From Archaeoglobus sp. JdFR-37 (lineage in GTDB: Archaea > Halobacteriota > Archaeoglobi > Archaeoglobales > Archaeoglobaceae): a stretch of DNA of 20,000 nucleotides. The notes under the pieces were generated by a model that saw nothing but the letters and a program-made list of their open reading frames with translations, was not told the origin of the DNA and did not search any database. This document shows, piece after piece, positions 1 through 9,570 of the stretch. Position 1 is the first letter of the stretch, and each line of letters starts with the position of its first letter. The stretch is from contig MTMY01000047.1 of the NCBI GenBank assembly GCA_002010215.1, positions 112,263 to 132,262 of the forward strand. Direction: 5' to 3'. The position numbers and the translations under genes are program-made.

Positions 1-1
1 C

Positions 2-1237
2 AAAGGGATATATGAAGGGAAGAGGAATATTGATGAACTGAAGATAAAAAGATTCAAGAGAATAGTGAAGTATGCCTTCTGGAGAAGTCCTTTTTACAGA
101 AAAAGGTTCAAAGAAGCGGGCGTTGATGTTGATAAAATCAAATCTTTAGCAGATATTGAAAAGTTACCTCTCACCACAAAACAGGATTTGAGGGATAGTT
201 ATCCCCTTGGTATGTCATGTGTTCCCAAAGATGAGATAGTCAGAATTCAGATGAGTGGTGGAACCACTGGCCAGCCAGTCATAATCCCTTATACCCGCAG
301 CGATGTGGAGCAGTGGAAGGAGATGATGCTCCGAGCTTTCCACCTTGCCGGAGTTACAAGCGAGGACATCATCCAAATCACTCCTGCATTCGGACTGTGG
401 AATGGTGGCTTTGGCTTTCATTTCGCTGCTGATGCCATAAACGCCTTCGTCATACCAATTGGCCCGGGAAACACTAGGAATCAAGTGAGATTTATGAAGG
501 ACTTTGGAACAACAGTTTTGGCAGCAACAGCAAGCTACCCTCTTCGTATCGCTGAAGTTGCTGAAGAAATTGGGGTGGATGTGGCTGAGCTCCCAGTTAA
601 CAAGCTAATTCTTGGTGCTGAGCCATGGAGTGAGGAGATGAGGAAGCAGATTGAGAGGATATACGACGCAAGAGCCTATGACATCCCAGGGCTGACGGAA
701 ATGGGAGGTGTGGGAACGGTAGGCTTTGAGTGTCCTAACAGAATTGGACTTCACATCTGGGAAGATAACTACATTGTGGAGGTCATTGATCCGGATACAG
801 GTGAGCTCGTTTCTGATGGTGAAGAGGGTGAGTTAGTCTACACATCCCTCAACCGGGAGGCGATGCCCCTGATAAGGTACAGAAGTGGTGAGATTAGCGC
901 TGTGGTAAGTAGAGAGGCGTGTGAGTGCGGAATTGAGCATATGACAATCAGGCGGATAAGGGGCAGGACAGACGACATGATAATTCTGAGGGGTGTGAAA
1001 TTCTATCCGGCGGATGTTGAGGAAATACTGGCATCTTATGGGGTAAGGCACTATAAAATCGAGCTTACGGACAGTTATGTGAGAATTCTCTATGAGGGGT
1101 CAGAAGAGACCAAAAGGGCAATTCTGAAGGATATAAAGGAGTTTCTCGGATTCAACCCTGCTCTTGAAGCAGTAAAACCAGGCACACTGGAGCGATTTGA
1201 AGGTAAGGCGAAAAGGCTTGTGAGGTTGGAAGGGTAA
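2..1237 (+). CDS. paaK: Phenylacetate-CoA ligase family (PaaK-like) adenylate-forming enzyme, 5' end outside the window
   Basis: Frame is open from base 2 (KGIYEGKRNIDELKIKRFKRIVKYAF...), so the track start at 65 is internal. Motifs LPLTTKQDLR, SGGTTGQP (P-loop), GAEPW, GLTE, MPLIRYR, GRTDDMIILRG, terminal GKAKR. Exact substrate is uncertain. Confidence 0.88.
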   Translation, partial: KGIYEGKRNIDELKIKRFKRIVKYAFWRSPFYRKRFKEAGVDVDKIKSLADIEKLPLTTKQDLRDSYPLGMSCVPKDEIVRIQMSGGTTGQPVIIPYTRSDVEQWKEMMLRAFHLAGVTSEDIIQITPAFGLWNGGFGFHFAADAINAFVIPIGPGNTRNQVRFMKDFGTTVLAATASYPLRIAEVAEEIGVDVAELPVNKLILGAEPWSEEMRKQIERIYDARAYDIPGLTEMGGVGTVGFECPNRIGLHIWEDNYIVEVIDPDTGELVSDGEEGELVYTSLNREAMPLIRYRSGEISAVVSREACECGIEHMTIRRIRGRTDDMIILRGVKFYPADVEEILASYGVRHYKIELTDSYVRILYEGSEETKRAILKDIKEFLGFNPALEAVKPGTLERFEGKAKRLVRLEG

Positions 1238-1268
1238 AAATGTGAAAAGAGGAGAGGAGGGTATTAGG

Positions 1269-1355
1269 ATGATTATAACTGCTGTTTATGCTGCATCCCT
1301 TGCAGCAATGGTTGTGGGGTTTGCGCTTGCCGTGAGGAAAGCAAGAAGGATGTAA
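1269..1355 (+). CDS. Small single-TM protein (28 aa), putative symporter accessory subunit
   Basis: Manual translation MIITAVYAASLAAMVVGFALAVRKARRM*. Purine-rich SD (GAGGAGGGT) just upstream, hydrophobic helix followed by a basic tail, and located directly before the symporter gene. Alternative in-frame GTG at 1242. Confidence 0.7.
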   Translation: MIITAVYAASLAAMVVGFALAVRKARRM

Positions 1356-1380
1356 GATGTAGGACGGGGGAAGTGATAGG

Positions 1381-2868
1381 GTGATAATAGAAGCAATCCT
1401 AATTTTATATCTAATTTTAATGCTCGTAATCGGTTTCATCGAATACAGGAAGACAAAGGGGATTCTCGATTTCTATCTGGCTGGAAAGCGCCTAGGAGTT
1501 GCGCTGGTAAGTTTCTCATTCTTCGCAACCTACTTCAGTACAGCTGCCTTTCTCGGCGGTGGCGGTTTTGGGTTCCTTGCAGGCTTTCAGTGGTCGGCCT
1601 TTCTGACATTCTTCCATATAATCTTCGCCATAGCTGCTTGGATGATTATTGCGCCACCCATGAAAAGGCTGGCTGATGAAAGAGGCGCTTTTACAATTCC
1701 TGAGCTGTTTGGAACCAAATTTGGAAGAGCGGTAAGGCTTGTTTCTGCACTGATCATCATCTTCTTCTTTGAGTTCTACATGATATCTATTTACAAGGGT
1801 GCCGGAAATCTCTTTGAGGTGATGCTTAACATTGATTATGTGACTGGTTTGCTTATCACCGGTGTCGTGGTTATGATTTACACAGCCATTGGTGGTTTCA
1901 GGGCTGTTGTGCTCACAGACCTCATTCAGGGTGTTCTGATTCTTTTTGGAGGTATTGCACTCTTTATAGCCCTCATAATCTCTTTGGGTGGGCCAGTTGA
2001 GGCTATTAACACTCTTAGCAACGCTAAGATATTTGGCGGGATGGATGGAAGTGCACTTTTTGAGTTCGGGAAGATCGGCCCGCCGCCCATTATGAAGTCT
2101 GGTATGGTCATTCCCTTCATCCTCAGCCTTACATTTGCCATAAGCATCGCTCAGATGGCAAGCCCGCAGCTTGTGGTGAGGTTCATTTCGGCAAGAGATG
2201 AAAGGGTGATATCAAAGGGAATGATTCTGACACCCCTTATCATCGGAGTTTTTGCATTAACCGTTTTCAGCATAGGACCCTTTGGCTGGCTTGTAATTCC
2301 CAAATATGACGACCCGGTAAAATACCTCAAGAATCCCGATTTAGTGGTGCCTTTTATAGCCATGAAACTGTTTCCAGTAGGATTGAACGCTTTACTGCTT
2401 ACAGCAGTTGTGGCAGCAGCAATGTCCACCATAAACTCGCTGCTTCATGTTGCGGCCACATCTTTTGTCAGAGATATTGTAGAGCAGTTCAGGGGGCTGG
2501 AGGAAGGGAAGAGTCTGGCAGTGACGCGGCTGTCCGTCTTCATCTTCGCCCTGATACCCCTTGTCATGGCTGTGAAACCGCCTGGTTATATAGTCACAAT
2601 CGTCGGCTTGAGCTTCTCTGTCATAACCTCCGCCTTCCTGGTTCCACTGCTTGCTGCCCTCTATCTGCGAAATCCATCGCCCGTTGCAGCTCTGGTTTCG
2701 ATGATTGTGGCAGTTGGCGTGGCCATAGCTTGGTACTTTATGTTCTACAAAGTTTACTGGATATATCCTGTAGTTCCTGGCCTGATAGCTTCCTTCGTTG
2801 CCTATGCAATTTTTCAGTTTGCAATGGCAAGGAGTGAAAGGGTAGCAGAAGTAAGCCAAAAAACATAA
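1381..2868 (+). CDS. Sodium:solute symporter (SSS; PutP/PanF/ActP-like)
   Basis: About 13 TM segments; motifs DFYLAGKRLG, SFFATYFSTAAFLG, YTAIGGFRAVVLTDLIQG, AAAMSTINS. Confidence 0.93.
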   Translation: MIIEAILILYLILMLVIGFIEYRKTKGILDFYLAGKRLGVALVSFSFFATYFSTAAFLGGGGFGFLAGFQWSAFLTFFHIIFAIAAWMIIAPPMKRLADERGAFTIPELFGTKFGRAVRLVSALIIIFFFEFYMISIYKGAGNLFEVMLNIDYVTGLLITGVVVMIYTAIGGFRAVVLTDLIQGVLILFGGIALFIALIISLGGPVEAINTLSNAKIFGGMDGSALFEFGKIGPPPIMKSGMVIPFILSLTFAISIAQMASPQLVVRFISARDERVISKGMILTPLIIGVFALTVFSIGPFGWLVIPKYDDPVKYLKNPDLVVPFIAMKLFPVGLNALLLTAVVAAAMSTINSLLHVAATSFVRDIVEQFRGLEEGKSLAVTRLSVFIFALIPLVMAVKPPGYIVTIVGLSFSVITSAFLVPLLAALYLRNPSPVAALVSMIVAVGVAIAWYFMFYKVYWIYPVVPGLIASFVAYAIFQFAMARSERVAEVSQKT

Positions 2869-2892
2869 AAAATTTTCAAATTTTTTACTTGT

Positions 2893-3381
2893 ATGGGAGA
2901 AAAATTGGATAAGGTAGATAAGCTGGATGAACTGGATATTAAGATACTTGTTGAACTCCAGGAGGATGCAAGGAAAAGTCTCAGGGAGATGGCAGAGAAG
3001 CTAGGGGTTGCTGAAGCAACTGTGTATAACAGGATAAATAAGATGAGAAAGGCAGGGATTATTCAGAAGTTCATCCCTGTGATAGATTACTCAAGACTTG
3101 GCTACGACCTTATAGCCGTCATTGGGATAACGGCTGAAGGTGGGCACCTCATAGAGATTGAGGAACACCTTGCAGAGGAGCCGAATGTCACAGCTGTTTA
3201 TGATGTAACAGGGGAGTTTGATGTGATAACTGTTGCGAAATTCAAGGACAGACAGAGCCTCAACGCTTTCGTTAAGCGAATAGCCAGTCTTGAGCACGTA
3301 AAAAAGACCTACACAATGCTGGTTCTGAATGTGGTTAAGGAAACTCACGCCATTGACCTTGAAAAACTTTTGGGAGATTAA
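2893..3381 (+). CDS. Lrp/AsnC family transcriptional regulator
   Basis: LDELDIKILVELQEDARKSLREMAEKLGVAEATVYNRI HTH; C-terminal RAM domain with VYDVTGEFD. Confidence 0.95.
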   Translation: MGEKLDKVDKLDELDIKILVELQEDARKSLREMAEKLGVAEATVYNRINKMRKAGIIQKFIPVIDYSRLGYDLIAVIGITAEGGHLIEIEEHLAEEPNVTAVYDVTGEFDVITVAKFKDRQSLNAFVKRIASLEHVKKTYTMLVLNVVKETHAIDLEKLLGD

Positions 3382-3419
3382 AAAGAATTGGGATTGTAGA
3401 TTAAAGACATTAATGAACT

Positions 3420-3827
3420 TTAAAGAACTTTCTTTCTACCCTCGCCAGGTTTCAGGGAGTACACCTCCTCTGGTGTAATGACGACTGCAGACTTTGGCCT
3501 CCTCCTCCCACCACTTTTTTCCTCTACGAATTTTTTAATGGTGTCATAGTATTTGCCTTGATGGTGGACTTCAGCCCTGCCTTTCACCAGATATCCATCA
3601 AATCCGGTTTCCAAGCGCTTTGAAATAGCCACAGCAACCACCGGATTCTCTTTGATGTTTTTCACAGTCTTTGCTATGAAATTGTTAGCAATGATGATCT
3701 TTCTGTCTATAACTTTCACAAAGCAGACGGGGGCAAGGTGTGGCCGATTGTTGGCGTCATTGGTGGCTATCCAGACCAGCCATGGAGCTGAACAATCATT
3801 TTCGAAAAACTTCAATACTTCTTTCAT
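3420..3827 (-). CDS. Pyridoxamine 5'-phosphate oxidase-like FMN-binding split-barrel protein
   Basis: WIATNDANNRPHLAP, KTVKNIKENPVVAV, GYLVKGRA, EEVYSLKPG. ATG at 3827 or TTG at 3833. Confidence 0.85.
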   Translation of the reverse strand: MKEVLKFFENDCSAPWLVWIATNDANNRPHLAPVCFVKVIDRKIIIANNFIAKTVKNIKENPVVAVAISKRLETGFDGYLVKGRAEVHHQGKYYDTIKKFVEEKSGGRRRPKSAVVITPEEVYSLKPGEGRKKVL

Positions 3828-3998
3828 GCTCAAACTTAAATCCTCTTAATTTAGATTTTTTTGCTGGTCAAGAATGTTCTGCCAAGGATGTTGTATCTCC
3901 TCAGACTAGGATGGGTTCAAGTTAGATTTTGAGAAGAGATAAATTTGGAACTTGGTAACTGAATGTAACTTAATGTATCGCCCTAAATACACCACTGC

Positions 3999-4739
3999 CT
4001 AAAGTCCGGTGGGCACTTCTATGAATTCGACATCAAGGCCGAGTTTATCTTCAACCACTCTCATCAGCGCCCTTATCCCGGGCGTTTCACTCCTGTAATG
4101 GCCCAGAAATATGACGTTGATGTTCCCTTCCTTTGCGATATGGTAAGCAGAATGCTCTGCTTCCCCTGTCATCAGCAGATCCACCCTCTTCTCCACAGCC
4201 TCGGGCAGGGAAAATGCTCCTCGACCTGAAACTGCTGCCACCTTTCTCACGACATCATCACCGAATTTCAGGTAACCTGTCTCACCAAACTTCTCTTCTA
4301 GAGCTTCCAGTATTTCATCGAATTCCTTTTCAGCCTTTCCAGCATATCCAATAGCCTCGCTGCCATGATATCCGAAGGGCTCTTCAGGCTCGACTCCAAC
4401 ACTTCTAAGAATCATGGCGTTGTTTCCTATCTCTGGATGGGCGTCCAGTGGGAGATGGGCCGTGTAAAGAGAAAGTTCGTTTTCCAGAAGGAACCGGAGC
4501 CTCTGCTGGATTATGCCTCTTACGCTGCTTATACTGCCCCAGATTATTCCGTGATGAGTTACCAGCATGTCAGCATCAGCCTCAACGGCCAGAAGAAATG
4601 CGTCCAGAGAAGCATCTACTGCAAAGGCCACCTTTTCAACTTCCCTGCAACCCTCAACCTGAAGTCCGTTGCTTGCCTCTCTGAAAGCGGATATGTTCAG
4701 GTAGTCATCCAAAAATGACACGATCTCAAAAAGCTCCAT
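3999..4739 (-). CDS. Nif3/YbgI-like dinuclear metal-centre protein
   Basis: NGLQVEG, VAFAVDA, THHG, HLPLDAHPEIGNN, TGE, GHYRSE motifs. Confidence 0.93.
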   Translation of the reverse strand: MELFEIVSFLDDYLNISAFREASNGLQVEGCREVEKVAFAVDASLDAFLLAVEADADMLVTHHGIIWGSISSVRGIIQQRLRFLLENELSLYTAHLPLDAHPEIGNNAMILRSVGVEPEEPFGYHGSEAIGYAGKAEKEFDEILEALEEKFGETGYLKFGDDVVRKVAAVSGRGAFSLPEAVEKRVDLLMTGEAEHSAYHIAKEGNINVIFLGHYRSETPGIRALMRVVEDKLGLDVEFIEVPTGL

Positions 4740-4825
4740 GGATGCAATGGTAAAAATAGGGTTATAATTTTTGTGACTTGTTTTGCGATTTTTGTGGATG
4801 CATTTGTTGCGCCAATATCAATCTT

Positions 4826-5452
4826 TTACTTTATCCAGACCCTCCGCCCTTCTTCGATGAAAATTATTCTTGCTCCATTTTTGCTGAGGATGTCTCCGCT
4901 TCTTTCGAGGTGTTTGGCGGAGAATATAGCGATAAGGGCATCGTTTATGTCATCTTGGTTCTTCATGGCTTCTTTACCCTTCTGAATAACCTTCAGGTAG
5001 AGGTCATCCAATAAATCATCCTTCTCTACAAGCTTTTCTCTTAGACTTTCTGTATTTCCCTCCAGAGCCTCGATAACAACATCAAACATTTCCAGCAGTG
5101 TTTTCTGCATGAGTCTCAGTTCATCCTCACCAATCCTCTTCTTTACTCTGAACTTTGCTATTTTATCTGCAAGATCTGTAATTCGCTCGTAGTTTGCTGA
5201 CATCCTCATAATGCTGGCGACGAAGCGAAGATCCCTTGCAACAGGCTGGTATAAAGCGACGGCCATTAAGCAATCATTGTCCACGTCTGTATTGAGCACA
5301 TCGGCTTCTTTCTCTATCTCCGAAACTGCCCTTCTTTTCTCCTCATCTCCATACATAGCATCGAGACACAGACTCATGGCATCCTTCGCCATTTCGTGAA
5401 GTTTGAGAATTTCATCCTTAATCTTGTCCAGTTTTAAATCAAGAGCCTTCAT
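4826..5452 (-). CDS. phoU: Phosphate signalling complex protein PhoU
   Basis: ALYQPVARDLR, ERITDLA, KHLERSGD repeats. Start moved to ATG 5452 (MKALDLKL), which is preceded by GGAGG. Confidence 0.93.
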   Translation of the reverse strand: MKALDLKLDKIKDEILKLHEMAKDAMSLCLDAMYGDEEKRRAVSEIEKEADVLNTDVDNDCLMAVALYQPVARDLRFVASIMRMSANYERITDLADKIAKFRVKKRIGEDELRLMQKTLLEMFDVVIEALEGNTESLREKLVEKDDLLDDLYLKVIQKGKEAMKNQDDINDALIAIFSAKHLERSGDILSKNGARIIFIEEGRRVWIK

Positions 5453-5903
5453 TTTCAGTCCTCCTTTTAGTTTCATCTTCAACAACTTCAATCTTATCCC
5501 CAATCATGTCCTCAACCATGCCCTCAATCCTCATTAAAAGCCCCTTAACTTTCAGCTCTATTTCATCAAAAACCCTCTCATAAACCTCTCCTGGCTTTCC
5601 CTTGGGGTCTTCCACATGCCACCTCTCAATGTTTGGATGCTGGATGTTTACACAACTCGCCTCATCACAAACAGATATAACAAGATGGTAATCTTCCAGA
5701 TGAAGGTCCTCAAGTTTGACAGGCTTCGCCTTTTTAACTGTGTAACCTCTTCTCCTAATCACATCCAGCGCAACGAAATCGAGCTCTTTTGCAGCCTCAA
5801 TGCCGGCACTCTCAGCTTTCCAATTCTTCGCGAGGTTGTTGAATATTGTTTCAGCCATCACACTTCTGCAGGTATTGTGAATGCACACAAAAAGTACTTT
5901 CAT
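5439..5903 (-). CDS. arsC: Arsenate reductase ArsC / low-molecular-weight phosphatase family
   Basis: VLFVCIHNTCRS P-loop (CX5R), SAG, distal Cys pair VCDEASC, WHVEDP. Confidence 0.8.
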   Translation of the reverse strand: MKVLFVCIHNTCRSVMAETIFNNLAKNWKAESAGIEAAKELDFVALDVIRRRGYTVKKAKPVKLEDLHLEDYHLVISVCDEASCVNIQHPNIERWHVEDPKGKPGEVYERVFDEIELKVKGLLMRIEGMVEDMIGDKIEVVEDETKRRTENEGS

Positions 5904-5929
5904 CAGTACTCATCCTCTTTCATCTTCTT

Positions 5930-6694
5930 TCATCCTATTCTCCCCGTCAGATATGCTTCCGTAAGCTCCTCCTTCGGATTCTCGAACACCTCTGCAGTTT
6001 TGCCGAACTCAACCAGCTCACCCATCCAGAAGAAGGCGACATAATCGCTAACCCTCCCAGCCTGCTGAATATTGTGGGTGACGATGACCACTGTGTAATT
6101 CCCTTTGAGATCCACCAGCAAGTCCTCAATTTTCACGGCGGAGATTGGGTCTAGAGCTGAAGTGGGCTCGTCGAAGAGTATGACTTCGGGATTCGTGGCT
6201 ATGGCTCTTGCGATGCAAAGCCTCTGCTGCTGACCTCCACTGAGGCTCGTTCCCGGCATGTTAAGCTTGTCCTTCACCTCATCCCACAGTGCCGCCTTTT
6301 TCAGACTGTCTTCCACAACCCTGTCTAGGGCTTTTTTGTCTCGCACTCCATTGAGTTTTAGGCCTATGGCGACATTATCGTAAATGCTCATGGTGGGAAA
6401 GGGGTTGGGACGCTGGAAAACCATCCCGATTTTTCTCCTGACCTCCACGGGGTCCATATTGAAGACGCTCTTACCGTCAAGCAAGATCTCGCCTTCAATC
6501 TTTGCATCGCTTCTAAGCTCGTGGAGTCTGTTCAGGCAGCGAATAAATGTACTCTTACCGCATCCGCTGGGTCCGAGGATTGCAGTTATGGTATTCTTTT
6601 TAATGCTGAGATTGATATTTTTAAGGGCCTGAAAATCTCCATACCATGCGTTAAGATTTCTCACGACGATTTTATCTGTTGCATGACCTGCCAC
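5930..6694 (-). CDS. pstB: Phosphate ABC transporter ATP-binding protein
   Basis: [47 protein letters not shown]. Confidence 0.97.
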   Translation of the reverse strand: MAGHATDKIVVRNLNAWYGDFQALKNINLSIKKNTITAILGPSGCGKSTFIRCLNRLHELRSDAKIEGEILLDGKSVFNMDPVEVRRKIGMVFQRPNPFPTMSIYDNVAIGLKLNGVRDKKALDRVVEDSLKKAALWDEVKDKLNMPGTSLSGGQQQRLCIARAIATNPEVILFDEPTSALDPISAVKIEDLLVDLKGNYTVVIVTHNIQQAGRVSDYVAFFWMGELVEFGKTAEVFENPKEELTEAYLTGRIG

Positions 6695-6698
6695 GGAC

Positions 6699-7523
6699 TC
6701 ACCTCCTCCTCAGTTTATATTTTGTTATCAAATTAATTGTCAGAACTGCAATCATCAGGACAAGCGAGGCACCCCAGGCCTTGCGATGCCAGTCAGGGTA
6801 AGGAGAGATAGCGTAAACGTAAATCATCAGGGGGAGAGCTGAAACCGGTTCCAGAATGCCTGTGGCGAAATTTGGATTGCCAAAGGCTGTGAAGAGCAGT
6901 GGGGCAGTCTCCCCCGATATTCTTGCTACTGTCAGAAGAACTCCTGACGCAATGGCTGGCATGGCTGTGCGGAGCACTATGCTGGTCACAACCCTCCAGT
7001 GCCTGATTCCCAGACTGAGACCAGCCTCTCTGATATCTGTGGGGACAAGCTTCAACGCTTCTTCCATGGTTTTAACCATCATGGGCACAGCTAAAACGCT
7101 GAGGGCAAAAGCTCCAGCTAGAGCTGAAAACCCGAATTTTGTAACCAAAAGGGTATAGGCGAAAACTCCTGCAACTATGCTGGGCGTGCCCATGAAGGTG
7201 TCATTTAGCAGTCTTATGAGGTCTCTCAACCTGCTTTCCGGGAATTCCGAAAGATATATGGCTGTTAGCAGAGCAGCCGGGACGCTGATAAGCATTGTAA
7301 GGGCTACAAGTATTGCTGTTCCCTGAATTGCATTTGCCACCCCTCCGCCTTCCTCACCTGGGGGTTTGGGCAGAGAAGTGAAAAATTCTGGAGTTAGAGA
7401 TTGGGCACCATTTATGAGGGTAGTGGCTATGATGTGCAGCAGCGGTATAGCGATAACCACCAGACTGAGGATGCTGTAAATTGTTAGAGCATTATCCTTC
7501 AGCCTTCTTGCTGCCATTTCCAC
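6699..7523 (-). CDS. pstA: Phosphate ABC transporter permease PstA
   Basis: [32 protein letters not shown]. Start GTG 7523 or ATG 7517. Confidence 0.95.
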   Translation of the reverse strand: MEMAARRLKDNALTIYSILSLVVIAIPLLHIIATTLINGAQSLTPEFFTSLPKPPGEEGGGVANAIQGTAILVALTMLISVPAALLTAIYLSEFPESRLRDLIRLLNDTFMGTPSIVAGVFAYTLLVTKFGFSALAGAFALSVLAVPMMVKTMEEALKLVPTDIREAGLSLGIRHWRVVTSIVLRTAMPAIASGVLLTVARISGETAPLLFTAFGNPNFATGILEPVSALPLMIYVYAISPYPDWHRKAWGASLVLMIAVLTINLITKYKLRRR

Positions 7524-8410
7524 ACTATCATCCTCCCTACAAGGTTTACAGCAAGGGAAATCAGCAATAGCAGAAGGGCGATGCCGATGAGGGCTGAAAG
7601 ATAAACATCTCCTGTCGCTTCTGTAAATTCATTGGCTATGACTGCAGCCATTGTGTAACCAGGGTTGAGGATGGACGCTGAGATTGAAGGGGTATTTCCT
7701 ATCACCATGGTTACAGCCATTGTTTCCCCAAGAGCTCTGCCGTAACCTAAAATCACTCCACCAAATATGCCCTGTCTGGCATAGGGTATACACACATGCC
7801 TGACAACTTCGTAGCGGGTGGCACCCAGGCTGTATAGAGCCTCTTTCAGGTCTTCAGGCACCATCAGCAGAGCTTCTCTGGCTATGGCTGCAACTATTGG
7901 AGTAACCATGAATGTGAGAACCAATATGGCAGTTAACATGGAAAGGCCGCTGAGGGTTTTTCCTGAGAACAGTGGGATAAATGATAGGTGCTGAAGCAAT
8001 GGCTGCAGATTGTCTCTCACAAAGGGTGCCAGAACAAATATACCCCATAGCCCGATTATGACGCTGGGAATTGCAGCAATAAGCTCGATGATTGAAGAGA
8101 TAATAACTCTCAAACTACTTGGAGCAATCTCTGAAAGGAATATGGCTATTCCGACGCCCAGAAAAGTTGATAAAAGGATTGCAAAGGTTGCTGTTAGTAA
8201 AGTACCGTATATAAATGGGAAAGCACCAAACAGCCCTTTCAGGGGGTCCCACACCATTCCGGTAATGAAACTCATCCCATCTTTCCATATTGGCACCGAG
8301 TTTGATAGAAGTTCGTAAAAAAGAAGGGTAAACATAACGATGACGCTAAGAGATGAAAAAAATGCAAGAAGCCAGAAAACTCTATCGCCTCGCGCCCGTT
8401 TCATGCTCAT
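7499..8410 (-). CDS. pstC: Phosphate ABC transporter permease PstC
   Basis: IAAIPSVIIGLWG, GRALGETMAVTMVIGN, IANEFTEA. Start uncertain (8413, 8410 or 8404). Confidence 0.95.
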   Translation of the reverse strand: MSMKRARGDRVFWLLAFFSSLSVIVMFTLLFYELLSNSVPIWKDGMSFITGMVWDPLKGLFGAFPFIYGTLLTATFAILLSTFLGVGIAIFLSEIAPSSLRVIISSIIELIAAIPSVIIGLWGIFVLAPFVRDNLQPLLQHLSFIPLFSGKTLSGLSMLTAILVLTFMVTPIVAAIAREALLMVPEDLKEALYSLGATRYEVVRHVCIPYARQGIFGGVILGYGRALGETMAVTMVIGNTPSISASILNPGYTMAAVIANEFTEATGDVYLSALIGIALLLLLISLAVNLVGRMIVWKWQQEG

Positions 8411-8428
8411 CACGCAGTTTTTAACCTT

Positions 8429-9502
8429 TCACCATTTTATCATGGATATTGTTTCAAGGTTTCGCTCCATCACTTCTTCCGGTAGAGGCACATAATGAAG
8501 TGCCTCAGCGTACTTCTGACCATCAGTAACCATCCACTTCAGAAACTCCACCAGCGCTTTTGCTTTCTGTTCCGGCATATAGTCAAGGTCTTTGTAAACC
8601 AGTATGTAGCTGAAGCTTGCTATTGGATAGGCATTCTCTCCATCAGCATTGACAATGCTCACACCGTACCAGCTCTCATCGCCTCTTGGCAATTTCCCTG
8701 CGGCGCTGGCTGCAGCCGCTGCAACTGTCCCAACGTTTGCATCAACAAAGTTCCCTGCTTTGTTCTTGAGTAGAGCGAAGCTCACATCGTTCTGAATAGC
8801 ATAGGCCAGCTCAATATAGCCTATGCTGTAGGGATTCTGTTTTATGACTGCCGTCACACCTTCATTACCCTTTGCCTGAACACCTCTGTTTCCGATAGCT
8901 TCAGGGAAGCTGAAGACCTTCCCTCTCCCTACTTTTTCCTCCCACTCCTTGCTGACTGAAGAGAGGTAGTCTGTGAAGATAAAGGTAGTTCCACTTCCAT
9001 CTGCTCTCTTCACTACTATTATCTCCTTATCTGGCAGTTCAATGTCTGGATTCAGTTCTGCAATCCTCCTGTCATTCCATCTGGTTATCTTGCCAAGGTA
9101 TATATCTGCTAGGACTTCTCCACTCAGTTTCAACCTTCCCTCGATGGGGAGATTGTAGGCGATAACGACAGCACCAATAGTTTCGGGTATATGGAGGATT
9201 CCTTTAGCCTTCTCAAACTCTTCGGGTTTCATTGGAGCATCACTGGCTCCAAAATCAACCGTTTTTGCTGTGATCTGTCTTATACCTCCACCGCTCCCTA
9301 TACTCTGGTAATTTATGCTCACTTTTCCACCGGTGATTTTGTCGTACTCATCTGCCCACTTTGCTATGAGGGGGTAGGGGAAGGTAGCTCCGGCTCCGGT
9401 AATTGTTATCCTTTCGCCCTCTCCACCGCCAGCACATCCAGCGAAGAGGAGTGCAAGGCTAATCAATATTGCAATAGACGTCATTTTCATGCCTTTTTTC
9501 AT
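8429..9502 (-). CDS. pstS: Phosphate ABC transporter substrate-binding lipoprotein PstS
   Basis: Lipobox LFAGC, GAGATFPYP, YQSIGSGGG, DFGASD, RADGSGTT, GNEGV. ATG at 9502 preferred over GTG 9517. Confidence 0.96.
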   Translation of the reverse strand: MKKGMKMTSIAILISLALLFAGCAGGGEGERITITGAGATFPYPLIAKWADEYDKITGGKVSINYQSIGSGGGIRQITAKTVDFGASDAPMKPEEFEKAKGILHIPETIGAVVIAYNLPIEGRLKLSGEVLADIYLGKITRWNDRRIAELNPDIELPDKEIIVVKRADGSGTTFIFTDYLSSVSKEWEEKVGRGKVFSFPEAIGNRGVQAKGNEGVTAVIKQNPYSIGYIELAYAIQNDVSFALLKNKAGNFVDANVGTVAAAAASAAGKLPRGDESWYGVSIVNADGENAYPIASFSYILVYKDLDYMPEQKAKALVEFLKWMVTDGQKYAEALHYVPLPEEVMERNLETISMIKW

Positions 9503-9519
9503 GATTGGAAGTGACACTT

Positions 9520-9570
9520 GGTAGTATATTTAGTTAACCCATATAGTACCGGTATAGTATATATGTATAC
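9520..9570 (-). promoter_or_regulatory. AT-rich pstS promoter region with phased TAGTA repeats (candidate phosphate-responsive operator)
   Basis: TAGTA at 9522, 9544 and 9555 (22 and 11 bp apart), TATAGTA twice, and palindrome TACCGGTA, immediately upstream of pstS. Confidence 0.45.
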
